A stretch of DNA of 64,000 nt from Candidatus Kapaibacterium sp. Lineage in GTDB: Bacteria; Bacteroidota; Ignavibacteria; Kapaibacteriales; UBA4661. The first letter of the stretch is position 1; each line of letters begins with the position of its first letter. The DNA is taken from assembly GCA_025358765.1 (NCBI GenBank), contig JANYIG010000165.1:6024-70023 (forward strand). Direction: 5' to 3'. The translations under genes and the position numbers were made by a program. This document shows, one piece after another, positions 16,581 to 27,385 of the stretch. Under the pieces are notes generated by a model. The model was not told where the DNA came from. It did not search any database and saw only the letters and a program-made list of their open reading frames with translations.

Positions 16581-18968
16581 ATGGCAAAACTTACGCTTAA
16601 CCGCGTCACTCCTAACGAACAGACTCCCCCATCATCAACCACAGGTGAGAATCTTCTGGCTCAACTGAACGATGTGCAGCGCGAGGCGGCAAGCGTGATT
16701 CAAGGACCACTCTTAATTTTGGCAGGTGCGGGAAGCGGCAAAACTCGTGTGCTGACGTTCCGTATTGCGTACATGATTGAACAGGGCATTGCCCCGTGGA
16801 ATATCCTCGCGCTGACGTTCACGAACAAGGCTGCAGGCGAGATGAAGGAGCGCATCGCGCATCTGGTGGGCGAAGACAAAGCACAGCGCATCTGGGCTGG
16901 TACGTTCCACTCGCTTTTTGCGCGAGTTTTAAGACGCGAAGCAGAGGTGTTGGGTTATACGTCGTCATTTTCCATCTACGATGGCGATGATTCGTTGTCG
17001 CTACTTCGAGCCACGATGAATACGCTCGGCATTTCGCAGCAAAATTTTTCGCCGCAAGCTGTTCGAGGTGCTGTTTCTGGAGCGAAAAATAAATTTATCG
17101 GTTGGCAAGAATACGCAAACACGGCGGGCAATGTGTTTGAGAAACAGGTCGGTTTGATTTACAAAGACTACGAAAAACGCCTGCGATTGAACAACGCTAT
17201 GGACTTCGACGACCTGTTGTTGAACATGATTCGTCTGTTGCAAAGCAGCCCGCAGATGTTAGAGAAATATCAACAGCAGTTCCGGTATATTTTGATAGAC
17301 GAATACCAAGATACGAACAAGGCGCAATATCTTGCTGTTAGCCTTCTTGCCCAGAAAGAGCGTAACATCTGCGTCGTGGGCGACGACGCGCAAAGCATCT
17401 ATCGGTGGCGCGGTGCTGATATCCGCAATATTCTTGATTTTGAGCGCGATTACCACGATACCAAAGTCGTGCGTCTCGAACAAAACTATCGTTCCACAAA
17501 AACCATCCTCGAAGCCGCGAATAATGTTATCAATAACAACCAAAACCAGCTTAAAAAGGCGCTTTGGACAGATAACGCTGACGGCGAAACAATTCAACTT
17601 TTGCGTTGCCGTGACGACCGCGAAGAGGCGGAACAAATAGTTCGCAATATCCAAACCGACCGCCGCACGAGCGCACGAGATTTACAAGATTTTGCCGTTC
17701 TGTATCGTACCAATGCTCAGTCGCAGGCGATTGAAGATGCGTTGCGCCGCGAGAATATTCCCTATTTGATTGTGGGTGGTGTGTCGTTTTACAAACGCAA
17801 GGAAGTCAAGGACACCCTTGCCTATTTACGTGTGGTAATGAATCCGAACGACGGCGAGAGTCTGCTTCGCATCATCAACGAGCCGTCGCGCGGCTTGGGC
17901 AAAACCTCACTCGACCATCTGATTCATTTTGCTGAAAGCCAGTCTGCTCCTCTTTTTCAAGCGTTTGCACAAGCAGAAGGCGTGATAGGCTTACAGCGAC
18001 GCGCCGTAACGTCGGCACTTGATTTTGTGGCGCTCATCACGCGATTTCGAGAACAGAAGGACGTTTTGCGACCCGACGAATTAGCAAAATCGCTCGTGGA
18101 TGCTTCGGGACTACTCCGCGCCTACGAGGAAGACGGTACGGACGAGTCGCTCGACCGTTGGAATAACATCCAGCGCGTGTTGTCGCATCTTGCCGAATAC
18201 TGCGAACGCAATCCTGAGGCGCTCTTGGAGCAATACCTACAAGAAATTTCGCTCTTGAGTGACGTAGATGAAGTGAAGGCGGGTGGAAAACACGTAACGC
18301 TTATGACGCTGCACTCCGCCAAGGGTTTGGAGTATCCGGTGGTGTTCATTGCAGGTTTGGAGCGGGGGTTGTTTCCTTTTGCAAAAGCGGAGCAGATGCA
18401 AGAGGAAATGGAGGAGGAACGGCGATTGTTCTACGTGGGCATCACCCGTGCACGGCAAAAACTCTACCTTTCCCACGCCGAAAAACGATACCGTTTTGGT
18501 GAACTTACGTACCCAATGCCGTCGCCATTTCTGCAAGAAATCAAACCGGAATTGATGAACAACCCTTCTAACACCACGCAAAATCGGCTTGGCAGCGCGG
18601 GTAGCCTTACCATGTCGTCAAAAAGTACACCCTCAACAACGGGCATAAATGTTATCCGTTCTATGGACGACCTAAAATCACGGGGATTTCAGCCACCCGC
18701 AGCAAAAAAAACGCCAGAACGTTCGCAAACACGAACGCCGTTTGACGACGCTCCCCGTGATGAATCATTCTCGCAAGTGCCGAGTAAATCTGCAAGTGAA
18801 TTGCCGCGATTGCGCGTGGGCATGCGGGTTAAACATGAGATGTTTGGCGTGGGGCAGATAGTAGGCACAAGCGGTACAGGCACAAGCGCTCAGGTGGAAG
18901 TGTCGTTCCCACAGGTCGGCAAGAAAAAACTCATGCTTAAATTTGCGAATCTGATGGTGATGGATTGA
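16581..18968 (+). CDS. pcrA: ATP-dependent DNA helicase PcrA/UvrD
   Basis: AGAGSGKT, LTFTNKAA, DEYQD, VGDDAQSIY, LEQNYRS, EERRLFYVGITRA, and a C-terminal Tudor-like domain. Confidence 0.95.
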   Translation: MAKLTLNRVTPNEQTPPSSTTGENLLAQLNDVQREAASVIQGPLLILAGAGSGKTRVLTFRIAYMIEQGIAPWNILALTFTNKAAGEMKERIAHLVGEDKAQRIWAGTFHSLFARVLRREAEVLGYTSSFSIYDGDDSLSLLRATMNTLGISQQNFSPQAVRGAVSGAKNKFIGWQEYANTAGNVFEKQVGLIYKDYEKRLRLNNAMDFDDLLLNMIRLLQSSPQMLEKYQQQFRYILIDEYQDTNKAQYLAVSLLAQKERNICVVGDDAQSIYRWRGADIRNILDFERDYHDTKVVRLEQNYRSTKTILEAANNVINNNQNQLKKALWTDNADGETIQLLRCRDDREEAEQIVRNIQTDRRTSARDLQDFAVLYRTNAQSQAIEDALRRENIPYLIVGGVSFYKRKEVKDTLAYLRVVMNPNDGESLLRIINEPSRGLGKTSLDHLIHFAESQSAPLFQAFAQAEGVIGLQRRAVTSALDFVALITRFREQKDVLRPDELAKSLVDASGLLRAYEEDGTDESLDRWNNIQRVLSHLAEYCERNPEALLEQYLQEISLLSDVDEVKAGGKHVTLMTLHSAKGLEYPVVFIAGLERGLFPFAKAEQMQEEMEEERRLFYVGITRARQKLYLSHAEKRYRFGELTYPMPSPFLQEIKPELMNNPSNTTQNRLGSAGSLTMSSKSTPSTTGINVIRSMDDLKSRGFQPPAAKKTPERSQTRTPFDDAPRDESFSQVPSKSASELPRLRVGMRVKHEMFGVGQIVGTSGTGTSAQVEVSFPQVGKKKLMLKFANLMVMD

Positions 18969-19118
18969 CAAAGGATTAGACAACGTTACGACTCTTTGCT
19001 GACTTATCCTCTCGACTTATCCTCTCTGCAATTCCTCCACATCTTACTTTGGCAATGGCGGTTGAGCTGAGATGTCGTATGCAAGGTTTCATGGAAATTC
19101 CAAAATTTTATCTCGCTC

Positions 19119-20819
19119 TCACTGTTTAATAAACTTTTGCATTGTGATGGCTTTTGTTTTTTTGTCCATGAGTCGCACGAAATAAACGCCGGAAGCAAAA
19201 TTGGCAACATCTATTCCATTCTCCAACTGCGGCTGCGGAAGCATAAGGATTGCACGTCCCAACGCATTTGTTACCGTTACATAGTAGGCTTCAGTGCTGG
19301 CATCGGCGAATTTGATCCATACCTTATCGTTTGCAGGATTAGGGTACAACGAAAATTTCAATGTGGGAGTATTATTGTCCAAAATTCCCGTCGTACTTGT
19401 CACCACAAACTGCCCCATCATACCTTGGTCTTCGTGAGTGGCAAAATGGCAGTGATACATAAACGGATGAATGGGATCAGAATAACTATTAAACTGCGTG
19501 ATAAACCGAATGGTTTCACCTGCTCTCACAAATACTTCGTCCTTCCACCCTTGCTCGGGTAATGGCGGAACAGAACCATTTCTACTGAGTATGTGAAATT
19601 GAACGTCATGGATATGAAACGGGTGCGCCAGAGTAGATGTGCTGCGTATTTCCCAAATCTCCGTACTGTTGAGCGGTATTTGATAGTCTATCCGTTTAAT
19701 ATCAAAAAATTGGTTATTGAGAATGGCTTTTAGCACACCACCACCAGCGTTAAAATCAGAAATTGAGAGGGTGCGCGTTATCGTTGCGTTGGCAGCATCA
19801 AAAAATTTATTGACGGTGAGTGCTGTAGGAATGGTCGTTACAGGCTTTGCCGTCGGGGATGTGATGTTCAAGCGAAGAATCTGAAAATCTTTCCCGGACA
19901 AGGCATCTTGAGTTACTTTAGAAGCAGTACCAGCTATATCACTCGCAAGCGTGGAGTTGTATGCCATCAGATTTACGACCTGTGATTGCTGGCTGGTACA
20001 ATTAACCAAGACCTCAATTCGTTCGCCCGAACATATCATATAACGGGTTATAGGAACTGGCGCGTCTAATAAACCACCATCCGAGGTAATAACATAAAAC
20101 GCTCGATTATCGCTAAAGCCAAGATTATAACACCGTTGAGTGGCAGAATTTAATATACGAAAACGTACTACTTGTGCGGGGATTGAGTATTGCGGGTTCA
20201 AAACACCATTGACCAACATAACATCAGGATGCGTTCCATCTAAGATAAATTGGTTGGTTGAGCTGAATCTACGGTCATTGATGACCAGTGGAATATCATC
20301 CACGCCATAGATGCGGGGTAGATTTAATGATGACTCAACAGAATCGCGGACAATAATGAATCCACCAACACCCGCTGTGGTTTGAGCTTCCGTTTTTTCA
20401 TGCAGATGCGGGTGATACCAATACGTTGCGGCATTATTCGTGACCTTCCAAAACGGTTGCCACGTCGTACCGGGCGGAATAACCTGATGCGGTCCGCCGT
20501 CCATCACCGCCGGAAGATGTATCCCGTGCCAATGCAGCGTAGTTGAATCGTTCAATGTATTTTTTACGTTCATACGAACAGTATCACCTTTGTTAAAAAA
20601 CAACGTCGGACCCCAAAAATTTGTATTGTTAATGCCGCCTGTAATAGTCTGGTTGCCTGTACGAAATTGTTTGAGGGTGTCCTTGATGGTGAGCGAAAAA
20701 TTTGTCCCTGAAAGTGTGTCGGGAATCCAGAGCGTGTTGTAGGTTTGACTTTGAGCGGATGAAATATGGCAAAGAAGTATGAGCGTAAGAAGCGAAAAAA
20801 ACAGAGAAGATGATTTCAT
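19119..20819 (-). CDS. Multicopper oxidase with T9SS C-terminal sorting domain
   Basis: Four Cu motifs HWHG, WYHPH, HPFHIH and HCHFATHEDQGMM, plus a C-terminal LYPNPA...GVYFVRL domain. Confidence 0.93.
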   Translation of the reverse strand: MKSSSLFFSLLTLILLCHISSAQSQTYNTLWIPDTLSGTNFSLTIKDTLKQFRTGNQTITGGINNTNFWGPTLFFNKGDTVRMNVKNTLNDSTTLHWHGIHLPAVMDGGPHQVIPPGTTWQPFWKVTNNAATYWYHPHLHEKTEAQTTAGVGGFIIVRDSVESSLNLPRIYGVDDIPLVINDRRFSSTNQFILDGTHPDVMLVNGVLNPQYSIPAQVVRFRILNSATQRCYNLGFSDNRAFYVITSDGGLLDAPVPITRYMICSGERIEVLVNCTSQQSQVVNLMAYNSTLASDIAGTASKVTQDALSGKDFQILRLNITSPTAKPVTTIPTALTVNKFFDAANATITRTLSISDFNAGGGVLKAILNNQFFDIKRIDYQIPLNSTEIWEIRSTSTLAHPFHIHDVQFHILSRNGSVPPLPEQGWKDEVFVRAGETIRFITQFNSYSDPIHPFMYHCHFATHEDQGMMGQFVVTSTTGILDNNTPTLKFSLYPNPANDKVWIKFADASTEAYYVTVTNALGRAILMLPQPQLENGIDVANFASGVYFVRLMDKKTKAITMQKFIKQ

Positions 20820-21167
20820 AATGACAGGGAGAATGTTGTGAGAACATTAGTATGCCAAATGTAATGTAATTTTAAGTGAGTACGTCAGCAAATTTAGTTT
20901 ATGTTTGTCGTCGCTTTAAGTAATTGATCAATAGAAACAGGCTACCGAAGATAGCATCAAATATTTTTAGCGCACTACTTACTTCGATTCTTTTTTGTTA
21001 AAGCGGATAGGTTCGTGATGAAAAAAAACATAACCTTCGTTGGATTTTAAGTTAGAATAATCGGTTTTGTGGGAAAAATTGCGGATATTAGCTACGATTG
21101 TGTTTGTTTTACGAACGGGTGTTGGCACCCACAGAAGCTCCGCGAGCCAACAGATTACGGCATTCGC

Positions 21168-21182
21168 TGGCACATCCTTTGA
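21168..21182 (+). promoter_or_regulatory. Possible sigma54 (-24/-12) promoter for the TMEM175 gene
   Basis: TGGCAC-ATCCT-TTGA versus consensus TGGCAC-N5-TTGC, about 67 nt before the ATG. Confidence 0.4.
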
Positions 21183-21248
21183 CATTATAATTTCAGATGA
21201 TCTTTATATCTTTAGCAATCATCCAAAACTTTATCCGAGGCATTTAGA

Positions 21249-21824
21249 ATGAGCAAAGGGCGATTGGAAGCATTTAGTGATGGCGTGATTGCCATTCTTA
21301 TTACCATCATGGTGTTGGAGATGAAAGTGCCACACCAAGCGGATATAGCCGCTTTGCGAACGTTGGCTCCTATTTTTCTGAGTTACGCGTTAAGTTTTGT
21401 TTTTCTTGGCATCTATTGGAACAATCACCATCATCTGCTCCAAGCTGTCAAACACGTAAACGGGCAGGTACTCTGGGCAAACATGCACCTGCTATTTTGG
21501 CTTTCACTCATTCCTTTTGCCACCGGCTGGATGGGTGAAAACTATTTTGCTCCGATGCCTGTTGCGCTTTATGGAGTGGTGTTGCTCTTTGCGGGCAGCG
21601 CGTACTACATTCTCGCCCAAATTCTTGCAGGGCTTCATGGCAAAGATTCCGCTTTGGCGAGGGCATTGGGTAGTGATTTTAAAGGGAAGGTTTCGGTGGT
21701 AATGTACTTGGCAGCAATTATTCTCACCTTTGTGAACTCATGGTTTTCTTGTGCCCTCTATGTGGCAGTTGCTATATTATGGCTTATACCTGACCGTCGT
21801 ATTGAGAATGTGCTGACGCAATAG
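21249..21824 (+). CDS. TMEM175-family potassium channel (DUF1211)
   Basis: RLEAFSDGVIAILITIMVLE and YWNNHHH signatures, about 6 TM helices. Confidence 0.92.
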   Translation: MSKGRLEAFSDGVIAILITIMVLEMKVPHQADIAALRTLAPIFLSYALSFVFLGIYWNNHHHLLQAVKHVNGQVLWANMHLLFWLSLIPFATGWMGENYFAPMPVALYGVVLLFAGSAYYILAQILAGLHGKDSALARALGSDFKGKVSVVMYLAAIILTFVNSWFSCALYVAVAILWLIPDRRIENVLTQ

Positions 21825-21867
21825 CGCATAATATCCGACCAACGCTCTCTGTTATCCGCACCAACAA

Positions 21868-21907
21868 AAAGGCGGGAAGCCTCTTAATGCAAGCACTTCC
21901 CGCCTTT
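21868..21907. terminator. Bidirectional terminator between convergent genes
   Basis: 12-bp stem AAAGGCGGGAAG...CTTCCCGCCTTT. Confidence 0.7.
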
Positions 21908-21938
21908 ATCATTTGCTATTGCTCATTACCCATTCTTT

Positions 21939-23174
21939 TCATTCATACCTCAGCGCCTCAATCGGATCGAGGCTTGCGGCTTGCCATGCAGGGTAAGAAC
22001 CGAATACCACACCAAGCAGCGTACAAATTACCACACTGCCTACCACCCAATTCGTCGGCACAGACGCAGACAAACCCAACGCGCCACTGAGAGCCACACC
22101 ACCTAATAAGCCCAACAAAATCCCTACCGCCCCACCAAACTGACAAAGCGTGATTGCTTCAATCACAAATTGTGTCATGATATTGATTCGTGTTGCGCCA
22201 ATAGCTTTACGAATACCGATTTCGCGTGTGCGCTCTTTCACCGAAACGAGCATAATGTTCATAATCCCCACACCGGCTGCTATCAGGGCGATTGAGCCGG
22301 AGGCAAAACCAAAATAGGTTAGATAATCCGTAAACGACGCAAATGACGTTGCAAGCGATTCATTCGTCTCAATTTCAAAATTATTGTCGTCGCCCGGCTT
22401 CACATCTCGAAGCGTTCGCATGATGCCAATGGCTTCATCTATTGTTGCTGGTAGTTGAATTTTGTCGCCCGCTTTGACAAGGAGGTCAACATTGGGATTG
22501 AACTCGTCTTGATAAAACCGCAAATAAATGGAAATGGGGATTAAAACGAGGTTGTCAAGTTTCGCACCCAAAATTGATCCTCGTGCTTTCAGCAATCCTA
22601 TCACCGTATAATGGCGACCTTTGAGCGTCACATCTTGCCCAAGCGGTGAACCAAACGGGAAAATACGCGAAGAAACATCACGCCCAAGAATAATAACGGA
22701 GCGGTCTAAATTTACGTCTTCCTCCGTGATTTGCCGTCCTTCGTCCACTTCAAGGTTTGTACATTCAAAATACGGAGCGTCTATACCGTTCAGACTCACA
22801 TTTGGGTCGGTATTCAATCCATTTGCTTTGACGGTAAGGTTATTAGCATCGTTAGAAATACTGATTGACTCGGCACTTGTCATGCGGTCTCGGAAGGCTT
22901 GCGCTTGCGAATACGTAATGGGCTTGCGTTTTTGATATTTCATCCATTGTTTGTTGCCCATAATAATTCCCGGACGGCGGCGCACTTGGAACGTATTTTG
23001 CCCAAGCTCCGCAAGCTGCCCGTTGACGGTTTCGTTCAGCGACGTAACCGCCGTTCCCGCACCAATGATGGCAAAAATACCGATGGCAATGCTGAGAAGC
23101 GTTAGCCCCGAACGGAGTTTGTTCGAGCGCACAGCATCCATCGCCATAAAAATGCTTTCGAGGAAAGTTTTCAT
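21939..23174 (-). CDS. MacB/FtsX-family ABC transporter permease
   Basis: NKLRSGLTLLSIAIG, GIMNIMLVSVKERTREIGIRKAIGA, LDPIEALRYE. Confidence 0.93.
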   Translation of the reverse strand: MKTFLESIFMAMDAVRSNKLRSGLTLLSIAIGIFAIIGAGTAVTSLNETVNGQLAELGQNTFQVRRRPGIIMGNKQWMKYQKRKPITYSQAQAFRDRMTSAESISISNDANNLTVKANGLNTDPNVSLNGIDAPYFECTNLEVDEGRQITEEDVNLDRSVIILGRDVSSRIFPFGSPLGQDVTLKGRHYTVIGLLKARGSILGAKLDNLVLIPISIYLRFYQDEFNPNVDLLVKAGDKIQLPATIDEAIGIMRTLRDVKPGDDNNFEIETNESLATSFASFTDYLTYFGFASGSIALIAAGVGIMNIMLVSVKERTREIGIRKAIGATRINIMTQFVIEAITLCQFGGAVGILLGLLGGVALSGALGLSASVPTNWVVGSVVICTLLGVVFGSYPAWQAASLDPIEALRYE

Positions 23175-23222
23175 AAAGAGAGAAAAAGAAGAAAAGGCGA
23201 CAATAAACAGATTCAGAAGCGC

Positions 23223-23591
23223 TTAAGAGCGATTCTGTCTGACCTTCCGAACAATCGTGACAAAAATTGCTGTGAGTTCTGTGTTTTCTTGTGTCAGAGG
23301 TTCTACGTGATGAAGTTCCGTTGCAATGCCAGATTCTACGAGAAGTTCAAGCCAATACGAGGTTTCATCTAATTCTTGAAGCGTGTCCTCAAGTTTCGTG
23401 ATAAACTCTGCATCCGATTTTGCTCGGCAAGCCTCGCGGTATTGCGCTCCGACGGATGTTCCCGATTGTACAATGCGCTCGCCAATAATTTGTGCTTCGG
23501 TCGTCTCGGGAAGCGCTTGAAGTAAGCGGATAACCCCAATGGCAAACTTTTTCGTGCGTTGTAGTAAATCCTCGCGTCCACGTTCCATCAT
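23223..23591 (-). CDS. Four-helix-bundle protein (23S rRNA intervening-sequence protein family)
   Basis: DLLQRTKKFA...SGTSVGAQYREACRAKSDAEFITKL...ELDETSYWLELL. Confidence 0.88.
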   Translation of the reverse strand: MMERGREDLLQRTKKFAIGVIRLLQALPETTEAQIIGERIVQSGTSVGAQYREACRAKSDAEFITKLEDTLQELDETSYWLELLVESGIATELHHVEPLTQENTELTAIFVTIVRKVRQNRS

Positions 23592-23639
23592 AATTGACCT
23601 TTTGTACTATATTAAATTCATCTTTTCGTTGTATCTCAG

Positions 23640-24878
23640 TTACTCATACCGCAGCGCTTCCACAGGGTCGAGTTTTGAGGCACGCATTGCGGGAATCATG
23701 CCCGACAGCACACCAACGGCTATGGAAACGACCGTTGCAATCAGCAAAAGTTGCGGTGGGATGTATGGCGAAAGAAACGTTGCCCAATCCATGCGCGTTA
23801 CGCCAAACATAACCACCGAACAAAACACAAATGCGATCAATGCACCCAATAAGCACAGCGATGAAGCCTCTACAAGGAATTGGAACAAAATCGAGCTTCG
23901 CCGCGCACCCAGCGCTTTGCGAATGCCGATTTCTTTCGTGCGCTCCGTCACCGATACGAACATGATGTTCATAATCCCGATGATGCCCACAATAAACGAA
24001 AGCGTTGTCATGCCAATACCAATCGCCCACACAGAGAGTCGCAGCGTTTTTACGTTGTCGCGGAATGCCTCTGTTTCGTTGATGGCAAAATTTTCCTCTG
24101 CCTCGGGCGGAAGATTGCGGATTTGCCGCATAATACCAACTGTCTCCATCCGTGTGTTGTCAAGATTTGCCTCACCGCCAGCCTTCACAGCGATCGACAA
24201 GTTTTTTCCCGCGCCAAACAGCCCCAAAAATGATTTGAGAGGCATATAGATTTGATTGTCAATAAATGGCGGCGCAAACATAGAGGCTTGCTTTTCTACT
24301 TTGCCGATGATCGTAAACGTCGTACCCCTGATTTTAATAGTTTTCCCTAAACACGGCTCATCCTCGCCGAAGAAATTTTTTGCGACTTCGTAACCAATAA
24401 TAGCAACATTGGAGCTATACAAATCTTCTACCGGCGAGAAAAAACGCCCCTCTTTGATAACTCCAAGCGCAATACCGGAATAGACGCTATTGGTGCCGCA
24501 TACAGCAATGCCTTTATAACTTTGGTTGCCGGATTTCACAGTGGTTTGCCACTTGCGGGCAATGATAGACGTAACTTCGGCGCTTTTCAGGCGCTCCATC
24601 AATTCTTCACACTGTTTTAGCGTAATATCAGGACGGTTCATGGTTTCGCGCCATGATTTTTTGCCCGACCAATCAAATTTGTCAACATAAAGAACATCCG
24701 TGCCAAGCGAGGCAAACGCCATCTCCAGAGCGTCGTCTAAGCCTTGTAAAAACCAGCCCATCAGAATCACAAACGTGATGCCGATAACCACGCCAAGCGA
24801 GGTCAATCCCGAACGAAGTTTGTTCGAGCGCATAGCGCTAAGCGCGATTTTGATGCCTTCGAGGATTTGAGAAAACAT
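23640..24878 (-). CDS. MacB/FtsX-family ABC transporter permease
   Basis: GIMNIMFVSVTERTKEIGIRKALGA, LDPVEALRYE. Confidence 0.93.
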   Translation of the reverse strand: MFSQILEGIKIALSAMRSNKLRSGLTSLGVVIGITFVILMGWFLQGLDDALEMAFASLGTDVLYVDKFDWSGKKSWRETMNRPDITLKQCEELMERLKSAEVTSIIARKWQTTVKSGNQSYKGIAVCGTNSVYSGIALGVIKEGRFFSPVEDLYSSNVAIIGYEVAKNFFGEDEPCLGKTIKIRGTTFTIIGKVEKQASMFAPPFIDNQIYMPLKSFLGLFGAGKNLSIAVKAGGEANLDNTRMETVGIMRQIRNLPPEAEENFAINETEAFRDNVKTLRLSVWAIGIGMTTLSFIVGIIGIMNIMFVSVTERTKEIGIRKALGARRSSILFQFLVEASSLCLLGALIAFVFCSVVMFGVTRMDWATFLSPYIPPQLLLIATVVSIAVGVLSGMIPAMRASKLDPVEALRYE

Positions 24879-24903
24879 ACGTGCTTGTCAGTAGGTAATA
24901 AAT

Positions 24904-25164
24904 TCAGCGATTAAGGAGTTTTTCTTGTACGGATTGGTTTTCTAACAAACTAATTTCAAGCTCAAGTTTTCGAGTTTCTAATTCTGTTTCTTTTTCCTGT
25001 AAAATCAGTTTACGTTCAGCTATTTCCAACTCACGATTGCCACGCTCCATGCTCTTTTCCATTATCTTCAAATACTTGACACCGAGTACGATTCCACCAA
25101 TAATTGTTGGTAAACCGATAAATGCTATCGACATTTCGAGAAGGCTTTTGATGGCGTAATCCAT
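24904..25164 (-). CDS. Small single-TM protein with C-terminal coiled coil (start uncertain)
   Basis: Hydrophobic IAFIGLPTIIGGIVLGV followed by an E/K/L-rich heptad tail; sits inside the operon. Confidence 0.6.
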   Translation of the reverse strand: MDYAIKSLLEMSIAFIGLPTIIGGIVLGVKYLKIMEKSMERGNRELEIAERKLILQEKETELETRKLELEISLLENQSVQEKLLNR

Positions 25165-25231
25165 AAAACAAGGCTTCAAAATCTGACTAAATACGGAAAA
25201 AATATATCAAATCTGCTCCTTAAATACTTGC

Positions 25232-25978
25232 TCAGAGTGCTGGTTCTGCTTCAACTGCTTCCTCGTGCTTTTTGGGTATAGAAACACGATGTTCATTAAT
25301 CGTATCCGATTCAATCAAACCGTCACGGACGCGCAAGACGCGATGTGCATGAGCAGCGATGTCGGGTTCGTGGGTAACAACGATAATCGTATTGCCTTTT
25401 TCCCAGAGTTCCTCGAACATCCGCATCACGTCGTCGCCGGTTTTCGTATCCAAATTTCCTGTTGGCTCATCTGCAAGCAAGATAGAAGGGTCGTTCACGA
25501 GTGCACGAGCAATTGCCACACGCTGGCGCTGCCCGCCGGAGAGTTCATTCGGCTTATGTCCCATCCGATCGCCCAAACCAACGTTGCGAAGCGCTTTTTC
25601 GGCTTTTTCGCGGCGTGCGGCGTTGGAAATACCGGCATAAACAAGCGGTAATTCCACATTTTTCAGCGTGGAATAGCGTGGCAGCAGGTTGAACGTCTGA
25701 AAGATAAACCCGATTTCTTTGTTGCGGATTTCAGCAAGTTCATCGTCCACCATATCGCTGACGAGCGTTCCGTTCAACGTGTACGTGCCGCTTGTAGGCG
25801 TATCCAAACATCCAAGGATGTTCATCAACGTAGATTTGCCGGATCCAGACGGTCCCATAATAGCAACGTATTCGTTGCGATGAATCTGAACCGAAATATC
25901 CTTGACGGCATGAACTTTCTCTTCGCCCATCGTGTAAATCTTCGAGATACTCTGGATATCAATAATTGGAGCTTCCAT
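25232..25978 (-). CDS. ABC transporter ATP-binding protein (MacB/LolD family)
   Basis: [27 protein letters not shown]. Confidence 0.95.
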   Translation of the reverse strand: MEAPIIDIQSISKIYTMGEEKVHAVKDISVQIHRNEYVAIMGPSGSGKSTLMNILGCLDTPTSGTYTLNGTLVSDMVDDELAEIRNKEIGFIFQTFNLLPRYSTLKNVELPLVYAGISNAARREKAEKALRNVGLGDRMGHKPNELSGGQRQRVAIARALVNDPSILLADEPTGNLDTKTGDDVMRMFEELWEKGNTIIVVTHEPDIAAHAHRVLRVRDGLIESDTINEHRVSIPKKHEEAVEAEPAL

Positions 25979-26011
25979 TATGAGTTTTGAATTTTGAGGT
26001 AAATGTTGTGG

Positions 26012-27304
26012 TTATTTCTTTTTGGCTTTCCGTGCGGCACCCGCCGTGTCAATTTTCACCGCCATACCGTCTTCGAGCTCTTTGCTAATAGCGCGGAAAT
26101 TACCAGAGATGATGGACTGTCCTTCATTAATGCCGTTTTTGATCTCAATATAGCCGTTATCGCTGATACCAGTTTCTACTTGCACCATCTTAGCTTTGTT
26201 GTTGTCGTTTAGGAACACGACCGGTGTTGGCTTTTTCGTGTCTTTCGCTTTTGCTTTGTCCGATACTGGCTGTGCTGGCGCGTCGTCTGGTTTTTTATCG
26301 CCACCATCTCCCGTATTGCGACGAATGGTTACTGCCTGAAGCGGTACGGAGATGGCATTATAGCGAGTTTCCGTTTCGATATCCACATCGCAACTCATAC
26401 CCGGACGAAACCGTGCATCGGTGTCAATCAGTCGCACCTTGATGGTAAAGTTTACGACTTCCTCTTGCGTACCGGTCGCCAATTTTTTCGCGGAGTTGCC
26501 AATTTGATAGACATACCCTTTGAACACACGGTCAGCAAACGCATCTGCTTTCACTCGTGCCGTATCGCCGAGCGCAATCAACACAACATCGTTTTCGTCT
26601 ATATCAATTTCCGCATTCATTACCTTCAAATCGGCAATTTGCATAAGCTCTGTACCCTGCATTTGAGCCACACCGACGACTTTTTCCCCTGTTTTTACGG
26701 GCATCGAAACCACGATGCCGTCCTGCGGGGCATAAATAGTGGTTCGTGCTGCCGAAACGCTACTTTGCTTCACCGCAGCATATGAGCGTTCGTAATCCTT
26801 CGTAGCGCCTTCAAAACGGGCTTGAGCGGAGTTCATTGCTGCCGTTGCCGCATCTAAATCACCTTTCGAGGAAAATTGTTTGTCGTACAAACCCTTCACA
26901 CGCTCAAATTCGTTTTTTGTACGGTCAAGTTCTGCTTTTGCGGTGTTAATGTTTGCCTTAGCAGATTGGGCGGCAAACTGCGATTGCTCTAATTGTGATT
27001 GCACCAAATCTGGTTTGATGCGAACCAGTAATTGACCTTTGCGGACAGTGTCGCCTTCCTTCACGCCGAGATAAATAATTTCGCCACTTGCCTCGGACGA
27101 GATTTTCACAAGTGTTTCCGGCTGAATCTTACCCGTTGCTGAAACAGTTTGCACAATAGTGCGGCGCGAAGCAGGCTCGACGATAACTTCCAAGGATTTA
27201 TCTCGTTTGCCGAACACCGCAGCCGAAACACCGATGCCAACCACCACAAGGATAATCACGCCGAGAATGATACGATTCCGTTTAGTATTTTTTTTCTTAG
27301 CCAT
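26012..27304 (-). CDS. Efflux periplasmic adaptor (MacA/HlyD family)
   Basis: N-terminal TM, lipoyl-like half-motifs (VKEGDTVRKGQLL, IYAPQDG) and an alpha-hairpin. Confidence 0.92.
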   Translation of the reverse strand: MAKKKNTKRNRIILGVIILVVVGIGVSAAVFGKRDKSLEVIVEPASRRTIVQTVSATGKIQPETLVKISSEASGEIIYLGVKEGDTVRKGQLLVRIKPDLVQSQLEQSQFAAQSAKANINTAKAELDRTKNEFERVKGLYDKQFSSKGDLDAATAAMNSAQARFEGATKDYERSYAAVKQSSVSAARTTIYAPQDGIVVSMPVKTGEKVVGVAQMQGTELMQIADLKVMNAEIDIDENDVVLIALGDTARVKADAFADRVFKGYVYQIGNSAKKLATGTQEEVVNFTIKVRLIDTDARFRPGMSCDVDIETETRYNAISVPLQAVTIRRNTGDGGDKKPDDAPAQPVSDKAKAKDTKKPTPVVFLNDNNKAKMVQVETGISDNGYIEIKNGINEGQSIISGNFRAISKELEDGMAVKIDTAGAARKAKKK

Positions 27305-27385
27305 TGCTGTCTATTGCGATTGTTGAATGAGGTATAAAAGAATTTGATGACTAAAATACAATTATTTCAGCCTGAAGACCGCTTG

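Noticed and set aside
19003..19026. CTTATCCTCTC direct repeat
   Set aside because: Only two short low-complexity copies with no supporting context.
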